Shown in pieces: positions 39,626 to 53,636 of a stretch of DNA of 64,000 bases. The stretch is from the NCBI GenBank assembly GCA_024137785.1, contig JAHRHZ010000067.1:7848088-7912087 (forward strand). The letters are read 5' to 3'. Within the stretch, counting starts at the first letter, position 1. Each line of letters opens with the position of its first letter. A program made the translations under genes and the position numbers. Origin of the DNA: Ginglymostoma cirratum (Eukaryota). Below the pieces are notes generated by a model, which worked only from the letters and a program-made list of their open reading frames with translations, was not told the DNA's origin and ran no database searches.

Positions 39626-41969
39626 ACACAATAGCAACCACCTGTTTAATGAAAGAAATTGTTTAGTGATGCAATGCTGAATTCTGTCTCCTAAGTTTCA
39701 GGGTTGTTGTAATCAGTAATTTGGGTGCTTGGATAGAAGTTTGCCTTGCAAAAATAAAACATTGAGGCTTAACATTCTTAAATTATGCTTTCTGTAAAAA
39801 GGGGAAAAAGCTGCTCTTGGGAGGTACAGCATTATAAGCAACAAATGAACTAATTATACAAGTTTAATAGCTCAATGGAAAAAAATATCATTAGTAAAGA
39901 TGACACTTTAGTCATAAAAATAGAAAAGCACAGTATTTTAAAGTATGTGTTAAACTTGTAAACTTAGATCTGCACTTCCCAAATATGGACATTCTAATAA
40001 AGAACTTCTAACTCAAAGGAATAAAATGTGGTCTATTGTAATAAGCATCTGAATTGAGCGAGATTGGTTGATCTGAATACTGATTCGGAGCTATAATGCT
40101 TGTGGCTCCCACAGGATGTGATTGGAAATACTTTAAGTGTATCCCTAAGTATTATTGCCTGATCTGTATGCTTGACCAGGAGTATGCAACATTAGCATTT
40201 GAAGAACCTTTTTAATTTTGAGAAATAAATGGAACATTTACTCATAAGTTAAAGTAACACTATTAAAAACTGACCTTGTTAAGTCTTGAAAATAGGTTTT
40301 GTGGCTGTTTTATATGATAGGTGTCAGGCCCTCACCTTAAAGTTCTATATGTTAGGCCTGCATCACACATGAGAAAGAGGCTGAGAAATTACAGCAATAG
40401 TGTCCTGGGGGAGTTCTGTTGATAACAAAATTGACACATTGTAAGGACAAGCTTGCAGTTGCTGTCTGCATTTTTCAACCATTATTTTTAAATCAGGCAT
40501 TTGCAAAAGATTTGATATTCAATCCCATGGGACACTTGTATAACAAAAGAAACTAAATGGATTTTACTGAAAAATGCACTTGAATATAAAATGACATAAC
40601 AAACATTCAAAAAACATAAAGAAGACATTTTTAAAAGGTTTGTTCTGTTTAAAATTGATAAAAACAAATTACTAACATAATTACAGAATCCTATTGAGCT
40701 CTAATATTTCCAATGTGTCTTACAGTGTCTGCTCATGTACGTTTGTAATCCTGTTCAACGATTTGAAAAAATGCTAAAAAAACCTAATCACAAGTCTTGT
40801 ATCATCAAACTGAGTGAAACTGCTAGTTGTACCCAGAGTAAGAAGATGATCTCTTTTTGAATCTGCACAAATAGGCTGAGTTGGTGTTTTGGGAAGTGTA
40901 AAAGGCAGAATGTTTGTAAAGGAGCTCAGGTTAAAATTGCAGTGTCACTTTATCATTTTTATCTGGTAATGTTTTGCCAATTTCTAGAAGAAGGTTGTCT
41001 CCTATTTAACAAATCCATTTTGTGAGCCAATATTCTTTGAAGTTTTCATTTTTATTATTGACTTTTCCAGTTTATGTACATAAATACAAGGTGATCTCTC
41101 TTTTGCAGATGCAACACGAATATCTATACATTTTAAAATGTTTCTGTTAGTGCTGTTCACACCTTTTAAATTAAAGTAAAGTCATTCATTCTTTAAATCC
41201 TGTGTGATGTGAAATAAATGAACAGACTTTGTGCGAACAAGATGTACAATCACATGTGGTTAGCACATAGAGCAAATATCACACTAACCACAGAATCTTC
41301 AAACCAATTGTTTTCATACATTGTATTTCAAAAAACTTCCCAAAAGATATTTTTCGTCAAGAGAGAAACCAATAAGATTTTTAAAAATCAATTCTCCAAT
41401 ATTACCAATCATAAGGATGGCTTTTCTTAATGAATTGAGTGTGCTGACCTGGATAAAGATATTGTTCAATTCTATCTCTGGTGCAAGTGAGATTTTTAGA
41501 CCTCCCAAGTCACTGGTTACCTCTGGGAAGGGATCAAGCAAGAAAAAGAAATAAAATGAAGACTTTAAGTAAATAGCATGCGGCAAATTTCTAAGCATGT
41601 TGAATTTATTGTTAATGCTAATAAGGAAAGGAAATATTGAGACATGATTTATGGCCTTATATTAGTTACTCACATTAGCAGCATTGAGAAGGGTGAATGG
41701 AGAGCTCAGCAGGAAAGCCCTGTAATTTAGAGTGATTTAGAGAAAGTAATTTTTCCACTGAGTTACCAAAATAAAATTCTAAAGTTAATGGCACTTTAAT
41801 ACTTTCCAATCACATAACTTACCCCTTGAAAATTCCGTTCTCCCTGAAAAAAATGTCAGAAGTTATTTCTCCTATTTCATAAGGATTGCAATTGCAATAC
41901 ATATTTTTATTTTAAAATCAATGGTTCTTGATTAAAAGTTTAGACAGCTCTTTGATCAGAACGCTATTC

Positions 41970-42100
41970 CAGACCTGATGAAAGGCATTTACCTAAAACA
42001 TAATCTGACTTTTCTTATCAGACATATTATTTGTTGGGACTATTATTAGTCATTACTTGCTACATTTTAAGTTTCCGTTCAGCATTTGCATTTTTAAGAA
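41970..42100 (+). mobile_element. Very old Penelope family-2-like pseudo-LTR
   Basis: CTGATGAA-AGG(CATTTA)CCT-AAAACAT, then decayed similarity to 42320-42460. Confidence 0.4.
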
Positions 42101-42319
42101 TTTTGTTTTTAAAATCTTTGAGAGATGATCATATTTATTGTTGTTAATCAATGAAGCTTCATATGTATATAGATTATGCAGAGTAGAAGGGAAGGGTGAG
42201 ATGATTGAGACTACGTACACTCTGTTGTAAAGCTTTCAGGAATTTTTAGATCAATAAAGTCTTGTAGTAAAAGGATATGTTGTGTACGTGTGGATATAAA
42301 GGCCAACCAACAAAATTTT

Positions 42320-42460
42320 GGTTCTGAAGAAGGGTCACTAGACCCAAAATGTTAACTCTGCTTTCTCTCCACAGATGCTGCCAGACCTGCTGAGTTTCTC
42401 CTGCAATTTCTGTTTTTGTTTCTGATTTCCAGCGTCCACAGTTCTTTGGGGTTTTGTTTT
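42320..42460 (+). mobile_element. Penelope family-2 pseudo-LTR with decayed hammerhead
   Basis: CTGAAGAA-GGGTC(ACTA)GACCC-AAAATGTT...AGATGCTGCCAGACCTGCTGAGTTT; repeated at 52560, 55540 and 63890. Confidence 0.7.
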
Positions 42461-43261
42461 GGTTTTATATTTTTTGTCCTTCTGACTGGCATCAGATTTC
42501 AGCATCAGTTCTTTGCCTGCAGTGTATTCCAGAAGGGAAAAAAAGAGTAATAATTGGAAATTAACATAGTGGTCACACACGAGTTCCATTTTGAGGTACA
42601 TCAGACAAGTCAAACCAGCATGCATCATTTGCAAGTTTAATTACTATGGCCTTCTTGGGGGTGACCTGATGGCTATAATAAGAGATTTGTAAGCTCGAGG
42701 TTGTGAATTCTAACCATTACTGTGGCATAGGGTGAAACTGAATTCAGAACTCCTTGGGTTGCAGGCACCTGAATTGATCCCTGAAAGCCTTTGGTAATGT
42801 CTTTTACTCCAGAACCTACCATTCCTATCAGGTCTAGCCTCACACAGCAGGGAGCTGACTTGCCTTTTTGGGTCATTACTTCCATGATAATGGTGGAGTA
42901 CCACATTGTGAGGGGCAGTTCCTGGCTTGCAACAACTAAAGTGGTGTGTATTGGGATTTATGGCACCAGCATCATGAATGGCAGAAGTACCTGGCAGTGG
43001 TAAGCAATTTCACCTCTCCTGTTGTATGATTACATGAAATGGGTGCTGAGGAATCCATTGCATAATTAATGAGCTGGAGAACAGAAGGTTATATGAGAAA
43101 TGTCGCTGTGGACTATGGCAAACCAGATATCATGAATCTTATTCAACAACATAATTTAACCGAAATTAGGAAAATTCCGCCTCTAGTTCTAGAATTTCCT
43201 ATAAGAGGAATCATCCTTTCCACATGAACTCTGTCAAGGCACCTCAGAATCTTACATGTCT

Positions 43262-45153
43262 GAACAAAGATCAAAGAAAATGGAAAATTACAGCACAGGA
43301 ACAGGCCCTTCGGCCCTCCAAGCCTGAACTGATCCAGATCCTCTATCTAAACCTGTCGCCTATTTTCCAAGGATCTGTATCCCTCTGCTCCCTGCCCATT
43401 CATGTATCTGTCTAGATACCTCTTAAATGATGCTATCGTGCCCGCCTCTACCACCTCCGCTGGCAATGCATTCCAGGAACCCACCACCCTCTGCGTAAAG
43501 AACTTTCCACGCATATCTCCCTTAAACTTTTCCCCTCTCACCTTGAAATCATGACCCCTAGTAATTGAATCCCCCACTATGGGAAAAAGCTTCTTGCTAT
43601 CAACCCTGTCTATACCTCTCATGATTTTGTAGACCTCAATCAGGTCCCCCCTCAACCTCCATCTTTCTAATGTAAATAATCCTAATCTACTCAACCTCTC
43701 TTCATAGCTAGTGCCCTCCATACCAAGCAACATCCTGGTGAACCCCCTCTGCACCCTCTCCAAAGCATCCACATCCTTTTGGTAATGTGGCGACCAGAAC
43801 TGTACGCAGTATTCCAAATGTGGTCAAACCAAAGTCCTATACAACTGTAACATAACCTGCCAACTCTTGCACCCAATACCCCGTCCGATGAATGAAAGCA
43901 TGCCGTATGCCTTCTTGACCACTCTATCAACCTGCATTGCCACCTTCAGGGTACAATGGACCTGAACACCCAGATCTCTCTGTGCATCAGTTTTCCCCAG
44001 GGCTTTTCCATTTACCGTATAGTTCGTTCTTGAATTGGATCTTCCAAAATGTATCACCTCACATTTTCCTGCGTTGAACTCCATCTGCCATTTCTCCGCC
44101 CAACTCTCCAATCTATCTACATTCTGCTGCATTCTCCAACATTCCCCTTCACTATCTGCTACTCCACCAATCTTAGCATCATCTGCAAACTTGCTAATCA
44201 GACCATCTATACCTTCCTCCAGATCATTTATGTATATCACAAACAACAGTGGTCCCAACACGGATCCCTGTGGAACACCACTGGTCACAGTTCTCCATTT
44301 TGAGAAACTCCCTTCCTCTACAACTCCCTGTCTCTTGTTGCCCAGCCAGTTCTCTATCCATCTAGCTAGTACACCCTGGACCCCATGCGACTTCACTTTC
44401 TCCATCAGCCTAACTTGGGAAACCTTATCAAATGTCTTACTGAAGTCCAGGTAAATGACATCTACAGCCCTTCCATTATCTATCAACTTTGTCACTTCCT
44501 CAAAGAATTCTATCAAGTTGGTAAGACATGACCTTTCCTGCACAAAACCATGCTGCCTATCACTAATAAGCCCATTTTCTTCCAAATGTAAATAGATCCT
44601 ATCCCTCAGTATCTTCTCCAGCAGCTTCCCCAACGCTGACGTCCGGCTCACCGGTCAATAATTACCTGGATTATCCTTGCTACCCTTCTTAAACAAGGGG
44701 ACAACATTAGCAATTCTCCAGTCCTCCAGGACCTCACCTGTGCTCAAGGATGCTGCAAAGATATCTGTTAAGGCCCCAGCTATATCCTCTCTCGCTCCCC
44801 TCAGAACCTGGGATAGATCCCATCTGGACCTGGGGACTTGTCCACCCTAATGCCTTTTAGAATACCCAACACTTCCCCCCTCCTTATGCTGCCTTGACCA
44901 ACAGTGATCAAACATCTATCCCTAACCTCAACATCTGTCATGTCCCACTCCTCGGTGAATACCGACACAAAGTACTCATTAAGAATCTCACTCATTTTCT
45001 CTGACTCCTTGCATAACTTCCCTCTATTGTCCTTGAGTGGGCCAACCCTTTCTCTAGTTACCCTCTTGCTCCTTATGTATGAATAAAAGGCTTTGGGATT
45101 TTCCTTAGCCCTGTTTGCTAAAGATATTTCATGACCCCTTTTAGCCCTCTTAA
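43262..45153 (-). mobile_element. 5'-truncated CR1 LINE (relatively young), inserted into an older CR1 fragment
   Basis: 275-aa RT segment (QHGF, LDFSKTFDKV, GVPQGSVLGP, FADD) and C-terminal ORF. Older CR1 pieces at 43215-43260 and 45170-45275 are colinear across it. Confidence 0.96.
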
Positions 45154-45284
45154 TTCAAGTAAGAGTAACTTCTGAATCAAGTAACTTCTTAGTCTTCGAA
45201 ACTCCAGAGGATACAAGCCTAGCCTGTCCAACCTTACCTCATAAGGCAAGACACCCATTCCAGGTATAGTATGGTAAAAGATAA

Positions 45285-45410
45285 AGGTAAAGGCATCATA
45301 GTTGGACCAGATCATAGGGCTGCTGTCTCATTAGAGAGAGATGATGCGAGGTGGTTTAACCTGAGGGTCACAGTGCCTTAGGTGAGGGGCAGGGTTGAAA
45401 AGGAAAGTTT
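45285..45410 (-). mobile_element. SINE 3' half (family of 30608-30818)
   Basis: CATAGGGCTGCTGTCTCATTA...GAGGGTCAC...AGGTGAGGGG shared with 58500-58645. Confidence 0.8.
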
Positions 45411-45469
45411 TTCACCAGATAGTTTGGAAAACCTTCTCTTGGCTGTTTCCAATGCATTTACATTCTTCT

Positions 45470-47752
45470 TAAATTATGCACCTCCTGTGAGATGTGGGAG
45501 ATCAGGGAGAAGTCAAATATTCCTGTCAGTATTGTCTGCAGAAAGTGCGTCCACCTGCAGTTCCTTTCAGACCGCATGGATTGGTTGGAGTGTCAGTTGG
45601 ACTCACTGAGGAGCATACAGGAAGTAGAAAATTTTATGGGTAAGAGTTTCAGGGATGTGGTCTCACCAAGGTTTCAGCTAGATAGATGGGTGACTGCCAG
45701 GAAGCACAGGCAGGCAATGCAGGAGTCCTCTGTGGCACCATCCCTCTCAAACAAACTCACAAATTGTTTATCCTCTCATAGACTTCTCAGTGCCTAAATG
45801 TCAGATTGCACCTAAACTGAGGGAGCACCAATATCCTTGCAGGGAGGTTTCTAGTGCCACTCGTAAAGGTTGAAATGAGTGTGGCAGGGGATGGGAACCA
45901 GAGCAGTAGCTCAGCATGTGGAGTGGTTGAGGAGAAGTTAGAGGTTGAATCAAGTACGTCTAATAGGAAGAACAAACAGGGCCAAGTTAATGAGCATGGC
46001 AGTACTGGTGGTTTGAAGTGTTTTATTTTAATGGAAGGAATATACAGGTAAGGCAGATAAGCCTAGATCCTGGAATAAACTATGGAACTTCAATATTGTA
46101 GCCATTAGCCACTGTATAACAAAAACTTGACTGAGAGAAGGGCAGGACTGGCAAATGTTTCAGGTGTGATAAAGAGGGATGTAAAAGGGATGGAGGAGTT
46201 GGGTTACTGTTTAAGGAGATGTCATAGCTACACTAAGACAGGGCATCTTGGAGCGCTCATCCAGTGAGGCTGTATCGGTAGAACTCAGAAATAAGAAAGG
46301 TACAATCACTATGATGGGTTATTCTATAGGCATTCCAATAGCCAGCAGGAGATAGAGGAACAGATATGTAGACAGATCATGGAAACGTGTTTCAAAAAAA
46401 AAGTGTTGTTTTTCGTGGGTGATAGTAACTTCCCCAAAGTTGATTGGTGCTCCCTTAGTTCCAGGGGCTTAGATGGGAAAATTTGCTAGGTGCATCTGGG
46501 AGTGCTTCTTGAAACAATATTCTGATAGCCCAACTAGGGAAAGGGCTGTACTAGACCTTGTACTGGGGAATGAACCTGGTCAGGTGTTTCAGTGGGGGAG
46601 CATTTTGGGAACAGTGATCATAATTCTGTAAGTTTTAAGATAGTTATGGATAAGGATAAGACAGATCCTTAGGTGGATGTGCTAAATTGGGGTAAGGCTA
46701 ATTACAACAGATATTAAGGAGGAACTGGTGAAATTAGCTTAGGAATAGCTGTTTGAGGGTAAATCCACATCTGACGTGTGGGAGTCTTTTAAAGGTCAGT
46801 TGATCAGACTACAGGATCGACATGTTCCTATGAGGATGGAAAGATAAGGATGGCAAGATTTAGGAATCTTGGAAGACAACAGATATTGAACTTTTAGTCA
46901 AAGAAGGAAAAAAAAGAAACAGATGTAAGGTTTAGGAAACTGAAATTAGATAAGGCCCTTGAATATAAAAATTTGTAAGTCTGCAGATGACATGAAAATT
47001 GGTGGACTAGTGGATAGTGAGGAAGGTTGTCAAAGGATACAGCAGGGCATAGATCATAAAATCATAGAATCCCTAGAGTATGGAAGCAGGCCATTTGGCC
47101 CATCAAGTCCTCATCAACCCTCTGAAGCCAGACCACCAGACCACTCCCCTACCTTATCCCTGTAATCCTGTATTTCTCATGGCTGAATCACCTAGCCTGC
47201 ACGTTCCTGGACACCATTGGCAATTTAGCATGGCAAATCCACCTGGCCTATACATCTTTGGGCTGTGGGAGGAAACTGGAGCACCCAGAGGAAACACATG
47301 CAGATACAGGAAGAATGTGCAAGCTCCTCACAGACAGTCACCTGAAGCTGATAATGCTTTTGCTAGGATGATGCCTAGATTTCAGGTATTAGATATAAGG
47401 AGAGGTTGGACAATCTTGGATTGTTTTCGCTAGAGCGCCAAAGGCTGAGGGGCAACATGATAGAAGTGGATAAAATTAAGAGAGGCATGGATAATGTGGA
47501 TAGTTGGAATCTTTATCCCAGAGTGTAAATGTCAAATACTAAGGTGAGGGGGGAAAGTTTAAAGGAGGTGTATGAGGAAGCAGAAATGAATGCAAAGTAT
47601 AAGAGGCATTTAGACAGACACATGGACAGGCAGAGAACAGAGGGATATGGACCACGTGTAGGCAGATGGGATTAGTTTAGAATGGCAACATGGTCAGTGC
47701 AGACATGTTGGGCTGAGGGGCCCATTCCTATACTCTACAGTTCCATGTTCTA
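45470..47752 (+). mobile_element. Internally deleted CR1 LINE (ORF1 Cys-rich/coiled-coil remnant, endonuclease, RT end, 3' UTR)
   Basis: CEMWE...CRKC..L..R..LE.QLD ORF1 motif; endonuclease motifs at 46050-46640 (SDHN); jump to K.ADD at ~46975; 3' UTR at ~47700. Confidence 0.85.
47052..47350 (-). mobile_element. V-SINE (HE1-like) nested in CR1
   Basis: Reverse match to 16062-16340 (GGCAATTTAGCATGGC, TGTGGGAGGAAAC). Confidence 0.85.
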
Positions 47753-47769
47753 AATAAGGAGCCCAATAC

Positions 47770-48965
47770 TGTACTGTACTGATGATAACATCCATTCTAT
47801 TGTACGCAACAGTCCTAGCAATAAATTTTAAAATTCTATTAGCTTTCATAATTACTCATTGTCCTCCCATACCTGCTTACTGGTAGTTGTGATTTATGCA
47901 CTGGGTTATCCATATCCTTCTGCATCTCAGAGCTCTGCGATGTCTCACCATTTAGCAAGTAGGTTTGTTTTTAAATTCCTCCTGCCAAAATGGACAATTC
48001 TACATTTACTACATTGTACTGTGTTTGCCATATCTTTGCCCACACATTGAACCTATCTATATTCCTGGCCTTACATCCTTCTCAAAAATTTATTTCTTAT
48101 CTTTGTATCATCAGTAAATCTTGCAATCATACCTTCAATCCTTTCATTTATATAAATTGTAAAGTATTGAGACACCGACATCAATTCCTGTGGCACATTG
48201 CTTGTTAACAAAAAATGTCATTCCAACCAAAATGACTCATTTATGCCTATCTGTTTTTTATCAGCTGGTGAATTTTATATCCATGTTAATATGTCACTAC
48301 CAACACCACGAGTTTTTATTTTTCATAATAAGGTTTGATGTGATAACTTATCAAGCGTCTTCTGGAAATCTGAAGACAATGCATCCAATGCTTCCCCTGT
48401 ATCTACAGCACATGTTACTACCTCAGAGTACTTCAATAAGTTCATTAAACATGATTTCCTTATCACAAAACCACGTTGAATGTGCCAAGTCAACTGTGGA
48501 AAAAAGCTCAAAATTTGCAATGAATGAAACCAAGGGAAAAGTGATAATCAAGGTGATTTCCTCCTACCCTTCCATTCACTTCTGAAATTTAGTTGTACCC
48601 TCTAGTAAAGCCTAATGCAAAATACCTGTTCATTTCATCTATCATCTCTTTCTTTTCCATTACTAATTCCCCAGATACATTTTTTCTGGGACAAATGCTC
48701 ACTTTGTTCATTCTTTCCTTTAAAATATCCTTTCTATTTGTATATTTCTAATTAGCTTTCTCCCATAGACTAATTTTTTCTCCATACTAATTTTTTAGTC
48801 ATTCTTTGATGCTTTTATAGTCTGTCCAATCTTCTGGCCTGCCTCCCATCTTTGCGAAATTATATGATTTTTCTTTAAGTTTAATAACATGTTTAACTTT
48901 TTTAATTAACCACAGCTGGCTGGTCCTCCCCCTGGAATTTTTATTTCTCTTTGGGATGTACCTGT
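47770..48965 (-). mobile_element. Decayed CR1 ORF2 fragments
   Basis: QRGFV.RKSCLMNLL...DFQKTLDKLSH RT motifs on the minus strand. Confidence 0.75.
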
Positions 48966-49729
48966 TTTAGTGGAATGGCATGACTATTCTGTTTTTACAA
49001 AAAATGCACAAACGTTGCTTGCATCTTTTAGTCTAGCATAAAGGGGATTCCATAAGCATATTAAACACAACTGTCTCAAGAAAATACGAAGTGTACATCA
49101 ATTTTAATTTGCTGCATTTTATTATTATTTGCATATTTAAAGTGGGGTGCTAAGGATGGGCAGTGTTAGAATCTGTCTGATAATAAAATACAGTCACCAC
49201 AGTGATTGCATTCATGTATCTTGGCTAACTTGTGTCTCAGTACCTGGCCTTATATTAAGCACATTCCAAATGCCGTCATTTTTAATATGCAGATCACCTG
49301 TTTGCTTACAGTACAAGAGACAGATGTTCTGGGCTTCTGAGCTGTCCCCAGATGCATGTAAATGAAAAAGTGCATTTAAACCAGTGATACAGTGTCATGC
49401 ATGATATATTAATTAAAAGGAAACAACTAATCCCAGAAGACATAATTTCATTATTTACTTAGGAGATTTTTACAAATTACTTCACATTGTTCAGTTCTGA
49501 GCATTTAAAGGCAGTTACAACAGTAGCTGTAACATCACCCAGAAACAAGAAGAGGTTTGCAATATCACATATATACATAAGGGGGCTTATTTTGAATACC
49601 ATCTCCTCAGCACATTACAGCTAACAAAACTGAGAGAGAGCCGTTACAGTGTTTGAGCCATGGTTTGCATAATGATGCAGAATCCTGGGTTACTTCAATG
49701 TGCTATGACAAGAGTTAATGGGATAGCTA

Positions 49730-50310
49730 TTTATTCATATCACCATATCATTGGCTGACTACACAGCCCTGCCTCAGCTCAATTGCTGCTGAAAGCTTCA
49801 TTCTTGCCTTTGTTACCTAGTCCCTTGACTATTCAAATGCACTCATGGCTGTCTCCCACATTGTATCTTCTACAAATATAAGGACATCATAAACTTGGCA
49901 CTAACCAATCTTGCCTATGTTCCATTCAATAACTGGGCTATTCTTATTGACCCACATTGACATGTGATCAAAGCATCGATTTTAAAACCTCATCCTCGTT
50001 TTTAGATTTCTTCCTGGATCCACAACTCCCCACTCCTTTAATCTTCTCCAGCCCTGCAACCTTCCTAGATAGCTGCGTTTCTTTAATTCTGATCGCATGA
50101 CCATTTCCAATTTTAATTGCCTTTCCATTAGTGGCAGCGCTTTCAGTTGCCTATGGCCTAAGTGCTCGAATTTGTTTCTTACACTTCAGCTCTTTGCTTT
50201 CCTCCATAAGACAGCCCTTAGAAACTACTTTTTTGACTAAGGGTTTTGGTCATCTGACCTAATATCTCCTTTTGTGGCTTAGTGCCATATTTTATTTCAT
50301 AATGAACTGT
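49730..50310 (+). mobile_element. L2 LINE 3' fragment
   Basis: PCLSSIAAESFILAFVT..LDYSNAL and IDFK motifs typical of the L2 ORF2 C-terminus. Confidence 0.75.
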
Positions 50311-51012
50311 ATAAACATAGGTTATTGTTGTTTATATTCTGAACCATTCTGTTCTGCAGTGAATTAAGAGAAGAACAGAGTGAAGTAAACTGTTAGTGTA
50401 TAAATAAGGACATTCTGAGGATATCATCTATTTTTCAGCACTTCCAGATGCTGAGCAACAGACCAACAGAAACTGGAGAACAGATTATTTTTTTGACAGG
50501 AAATAGTACACTGTGGTGAAGCTACTAAAATGGGGACAAAATAATATATTTTCATTTTCTTTCCCTCCTGATTGAGAATAGCTATCTAAGAAGTCCGTCA
50601 TCAAATTCACACCAGCCTACCACTAAATATTTTGGGCACTTTTCCATTGTATGATGCCTTCCAGAACAGTGGATAAATGGACATTGATGCCACCAAAGGT
50701 GATATGGTATGCAGAATGAAAAGCACAGGGAGAAATTTTGTGTTTGGCAAGTATATGAACAGTGGGATGTTATTGTACTCATTTGTGAAAGTGAAGAGAG
50801 TGCAAAAATTATTGTTGGAAATGACAGAATTTGTATTTGGTTTCGTTTTTAATGCACATGCAGAAGCATAATTTTTTTCAATAAGCAACACAATAAGATG
50901 AGTTCTGTGATAGAGATAAAAGGTACTGCAGATACTGGAGAATCCGAGATAACAAGGTGTGGAGCTGGATGAACACAGCAGGCCAAGCAGCGTCATAGGA
51001 GCAGGAAAACTT

Positions 51013-51040
51013 GACGTTTCGGGCCTAGACCCTTCATCAG
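51013..51040 (-). ncRNA. Minimal hammerhead ribozyme motif (best-preserved copy)
   Basis: CTGATGA-A-GGGT(CTAG)GCCC-GAAA-CGTC; weak stem I ATTT/AAGT. Confidence 0.72.
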
Positions 51041-51312
51041 AAATGGGGGAGGGGAAGAGGGTTCTGAAGTAAATAGGGACAGAGGGGGAGGCGGATAGAG
51101 GATGGATAGAGGAAAGGATAGGTGGAGAGGAGGCAGACAAGTCGAAGAGGCGGGGATGGAGCCAGTAAAGGTGAGTGTAAGTGGGGGGGTAGGGAGGAGA
51201 TAGGTCAGTCCAGAAAGGACAGACAGGTCAAGGGGGCGGGATGAGGTTAGTAGATAGGAGATGGGGGTGGGGCTTGAGGTGGGAGGAGGGGATAGGTGAG
51301 AGGAAGAACAGG

Positions 51313-52548
51313 TTAGGGACGCGGGGACGAGTTGGGCTGGTTTTGGGATGCAGTTGGGGGAGGGGAGATTTTGAAGCTTGTGAAATCCACATTGATACCA
51401 TTGGGCTGCAGGGTTCCCAGGCTGAATATGATTTGCTGTTCCTGCAGCCTTCGGGTGGCATCACTGTGGCATTGCAGGAGGCCCAGGATGGACATGTCAT
51501 CTGAGGAATGGGAGGGGGAGTTGAAATGGTTCGCGACTGGGAGGTGCAGTTGTTTGTTGCGAACTGAGCGCAGGTGTTCTGCAAAGCGGTCCCCAAGCCT
51601 CCGTTTGGTTTCCCCGATGTAGAGGAGGCCACAATGGGTACAGCGGATGCAGTATACCACATTGGCAGATGTGCAGGTGAACATCTGCTTGATGTGGAAA
51701 GTCTTCTTGGGGCCTGGGATTGGGGTGAGGGAGGAGGTGTGGGGGCAGGTGTAGCACTTCGTGCGGTTGCAGGGAAAAGTGCCGGGTGTGGTGGGGCTGG
51801 AGGGGAGTGCGGAGCGGACAAGGGATCCACGGAGAGAGTGGTCCCTCCGGAAAGCAGACAAGGGTGGGGAGGGAAAAATGTCTTTGGTGGTGGGGTCGGA
51901 TTGCAGATGGCGGAAGTGTCAGAAGATGATGCATTGGATCCAGAGGTTGGTGGGGTGGTACGTGAGGATGAGGGGGATTCTTTTTTGGTTATTATTGCGG
52001 GGACGGGGTGTGAGGGATGAGTTGCGGGAAATGCGGGAGATACGGTCGAGGGCGTTCTCGACCACTGTGGGGGGGAAGTTGCGGTCCTTGAAGAATGAGC
52101 ACATCTGAGATGTACGGGAGTGGAATGTCTCATCCTGGGAGCAGATGCAGTGGAGGCGAAGGAATTGGGAATAGGGGATGGCATTTTTGCATGAAGGTGG
52201 GTGGGAGGTGGTGTATTCTAGGTAGCTGTGGGAGTCGGTGGGCTTGAAATGGATATCGGTTTCTAGGTGGTTACCCGAGATGGAGACAGAGAGGTCCAGG
52301 AAGGAGAGGGAGGTGTTAGAGATGGTCCAGGTGAACTTCAGGTTGGGGTGGAAGGTGTTGGTGAAGTGGATGAACTGTTCGAGCTCCTCGTGGGAGCACG
52401 AGGCGCCGCCGATACAGTCATCAATGTAACGGAGGAAGAGGTGGGATTTAGGGCCAGTGTAGGTACGGAAGAGGGATTGTTCCATGTAACCTACAAAAAG
52501 GCAGGCATAGCTTGGGCCCATGCGGGTACCCATGGCCACCCCCTTTGT
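51313..52548 (-). pseudogene. Penelope RT/GIY-YIG endonuclease ORF (5'-truncated, one internal TGA)
   Basis: ORFs 51919-52539 and 51313-51861 are in the same frame, separated only by TGA at 51919-51921. Confidence 0.92.
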
Positions 52549-52559
52549 CTGTTCTGTTT

Positions 52560-52657
52560 CATGTTCTGATGAAAAGTCACTGGACTTGAGACATTAACTC
52601 TATTTCCCTCTTAAGATGCTGCTAGACCTGCTGAGTTTCTCCAGCACTTTCTGTTTA
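52560..52657 (+). mobile_element. Penelope family-2 pseudo-LTR, left part (resumes at ~54537-54565)
   Basis: CTGATGAA-AAGTC(ACTG)GACTT-GAGACATT...AGATGCTGCTAGACCTGCTGAG; the missing tail CTCCAGCATTTGCAGTTCTTT appears after the Rex1 element. Confidence 0.7.
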
Positions 52658-53636
52658 AGCCTGTACCCAAGGCACATGCAGTGTGCTTTAATGACTACTG
52701 CCCAACAGCTCTGACTTCAATAATAATGAAGTGCTTTGAGAAGCTGGTCATGGCCCACATCAACTCCAGTCCCCCAGCGTGCCATGATTCCCCTACAGTT
52801 TGCCTATCGACATTACAGGTCCACAGAGGATGCCATATCCCTAGCCCTGCCCTCATCCCTGGAACATCTGAACAACAGAGACACCTATGTTAGACTCCTG
52901 CTCATTGACTACAGCTCCGCCTTCAGCAACTTTATCCTCCCCCAGATTGATCTCAAAACTGTGTGACCTTGGTCTCAGCTCTGTCCATTGCAAGTGGACC
53001 CTCAGCTTTCTGACCAATAGGCTGCAATCTTCTCCACAATAACACTCAACACTGGAGCTCCCCAAGGATGCGTTTTCATGCCCCCTACTGTACTCGCTGT
53101 ACACCTATGAATGTGTTGCCAAATTCCGAATGAACACCACCTAGAAGCTCACTGATTACACAACCATAGTGGGACGGATATCAAACAACAACAAGTCAAA
53201 ATACAGAAGGGAGATACAGAGCTTGGTGACGTGGTACAATGAAAACAGTTTATCTCTCAACATTGGCAAAACTAAAGAACTGAACATCGATTTCAGAAAG
53301 AAAGGAGGAGAACACACCCCCCATCTACATCAACAGAACTGAGGTTGGGAAGGTGAAGAACATCAAGCTCCTCGGAGTGACGATAACTGACGACCTGTCC
53401 TGGACTTCCCACATAGATGCGACAGTCAAGAAGGCACAACAATGTCGCTTCTTCCTCAGGCGTCTCAGGAAATCTGGCATGTCCATAAGGTCCCTCACCA
53501 ACTGCTGCAGATGCACCATACTATTTGGGTGCATAACGGCCTGGTATGGCAACTGTTCTGCCCAGGACCATTAGAAACTATAGGAAGTTGTGTGCACAGC
53601 CCAAACCATCACGGAAGCCAACCTTCCATTCATGGA

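Larger units (their letters stand above)
50911..52550 (-). mobile_element. 5'-truncated Penelope-like retroelement family 1 (RT + GIY-YIG + pseudo-LTR)
   Basis: GVAMGTRMGPSYA, RYIDD, FLD, KPTDSHSYL and NVVYCIRC..CGLLYIGET...RF.EH motifs, then a C-rich 3' UTR, hammerhead and tail. Confidence 0.95.

Noticed and set aside
42540-43185. Possible non-autonomous DNA transposon ending GGAAAATTCCGCC
   Set aside because: No matching opposite terminus or TSD was found.
50419-50428. GGATATCATC, resembling the start of miR-144-5p
   Set aside because: The match stops after 10 nt, with no hairpin partner and no miR-451 sequence seen.
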